Translations under genes and position numbers: made by a program | The notes under the pieces: model-generated | What the model was told of the DNA's origin: nothing | Database searches by the model: none | What the model saw: only the letters and a program-made list of their open reading frames with translations | Assembly (NCBI GenBank): GCA_910579785.1 | Contig: CAJTVJ010000002.1 | Span: 42,529 to 106,528 of the forward strand | Direction of reading: 5' to 3' | From: an uncultured Christensenella sp. | GTDB lineage: Bacteria > Bacillota > Clostridia > Christensenellales > UBA3700 | DNA length: 64,000 nucleotides | In this document: positions 63,616 to 64,000 of the stretch, piece by piece | Layout: each line of letters starts with the position of its first letter | Position numbering within the stretch: position 1 is the stretch's first letter

Positions 63616-64000
63616 TGAAGTGCAGTATGTGCGGCAGCAATATCGAAAGACCGTTGGAACTTTACAACGGAAGATGGTGCTGTCCAAGTTGCAAAAAGGA
63701 CATCTTCCCCGACGTGGATACTGAATTTGCCATCACTCCGCGCAACAGAGAATTGTTTGTGCGCTCGGAGGAATACTATTTTAAGTGGCTGACCTCGACG
63801 GAGGAGAGCAAATCGACGAGATTTAAGTATCTTGACAAGGCGGTCAGTCTGTGTTATGAATCGGCGTTTGAATATCATCCGTCCGCGCTTATGAGGTTGG
63901 GATATTATTACGAACGAGGATATGCCGACTTTAATACCAGCAGCGCAGAGCGTTGGAGAGTGGCATATTTTTATTATAAAGCGTTGCTTTTCAACACGCA
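63615..64000 (+). CDS. zinc-ribbon plus Sel1-like repeat protein (3' end outside window)
   Basis: Own translation: 'MKCSMCGSNIERPLELYNGRWCCPSCKK...HPSALMRLGYYYERGYADF...AERWRVAYFYYKAL'. TAATG overlap with the preceding stop. The frame is open to the window edge. Confidence 0.65.
   Translation, partial: MKCSMCGSNIERPLELYNGRWCCPSCKKDIFPDVDTEFAITPRNRELFVRSEEYYFKWLTSTEESKSTRFKYLDKAVSLCYESAFEYHPSALMRLGYYYERGYADFNTSSAERWRVAYFYYKALLFNT

Overview
This 64-kb window looks like a chromosomal segment from a spore-forming, moderate-GC Bacillota (Clostridia-like) genome. I infer that from a gerA-type germinant-receptor operon, strong GGAGG-type ribosome-binding sites and many hairpin plus T-run terminators. 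No rRNA, tRNA, CRISPR array, transposase or prophage genes were recognised by eye.

Most of the window is housekeeping and carbohydrate metabolism:
- A HexNAc/cell-surface sugar block: nahK-galE-capD-like, and nagA.
- Signal-peptide-less GH2 beta-mannosidase, GH38 alpha-mannosidase and GH20 hexosaminidase, plus a GH16 lipoprotein.
- A complete myo-inositol catabolic operon (iolJCBDEA, a spacer, then iolG).
- An amino-acid ABC transporter operon ending in a yerC/TrpR-like gene.
- trxA, rubrerythrin, gltX and rpsF-ssb-rpsR.

A clearly AT-richer insertion (19.6-21.8 kb) carries a type II restriction-modification pair.

The most interesting region is the tightly coupled operon starting at about 53.9 kb and running off the right edge. 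It encodes a lid-less Hsp70-like ATPase, an SNF2 helicase with a long Cys-rich tail, a Cys-rich orphan protein, a polytopic membrane protein with six MBG-type repeats, and a Zn-ribbon/Sel1-repeat protein. I cannot match this combination to any described system.

Smaller oddities:
- A metallophosphoesterase interrupted by an in-frame TGA.
- An apparently circularly permuted solute-binding protein.
- An ABC ATPase with a large insertion.
- A terminator/antiterminator leader upstream of yhhQ.
- Several intergenic repeat or structured elements.

All calls rest on motif recognition and manual inspection. No database search was run.
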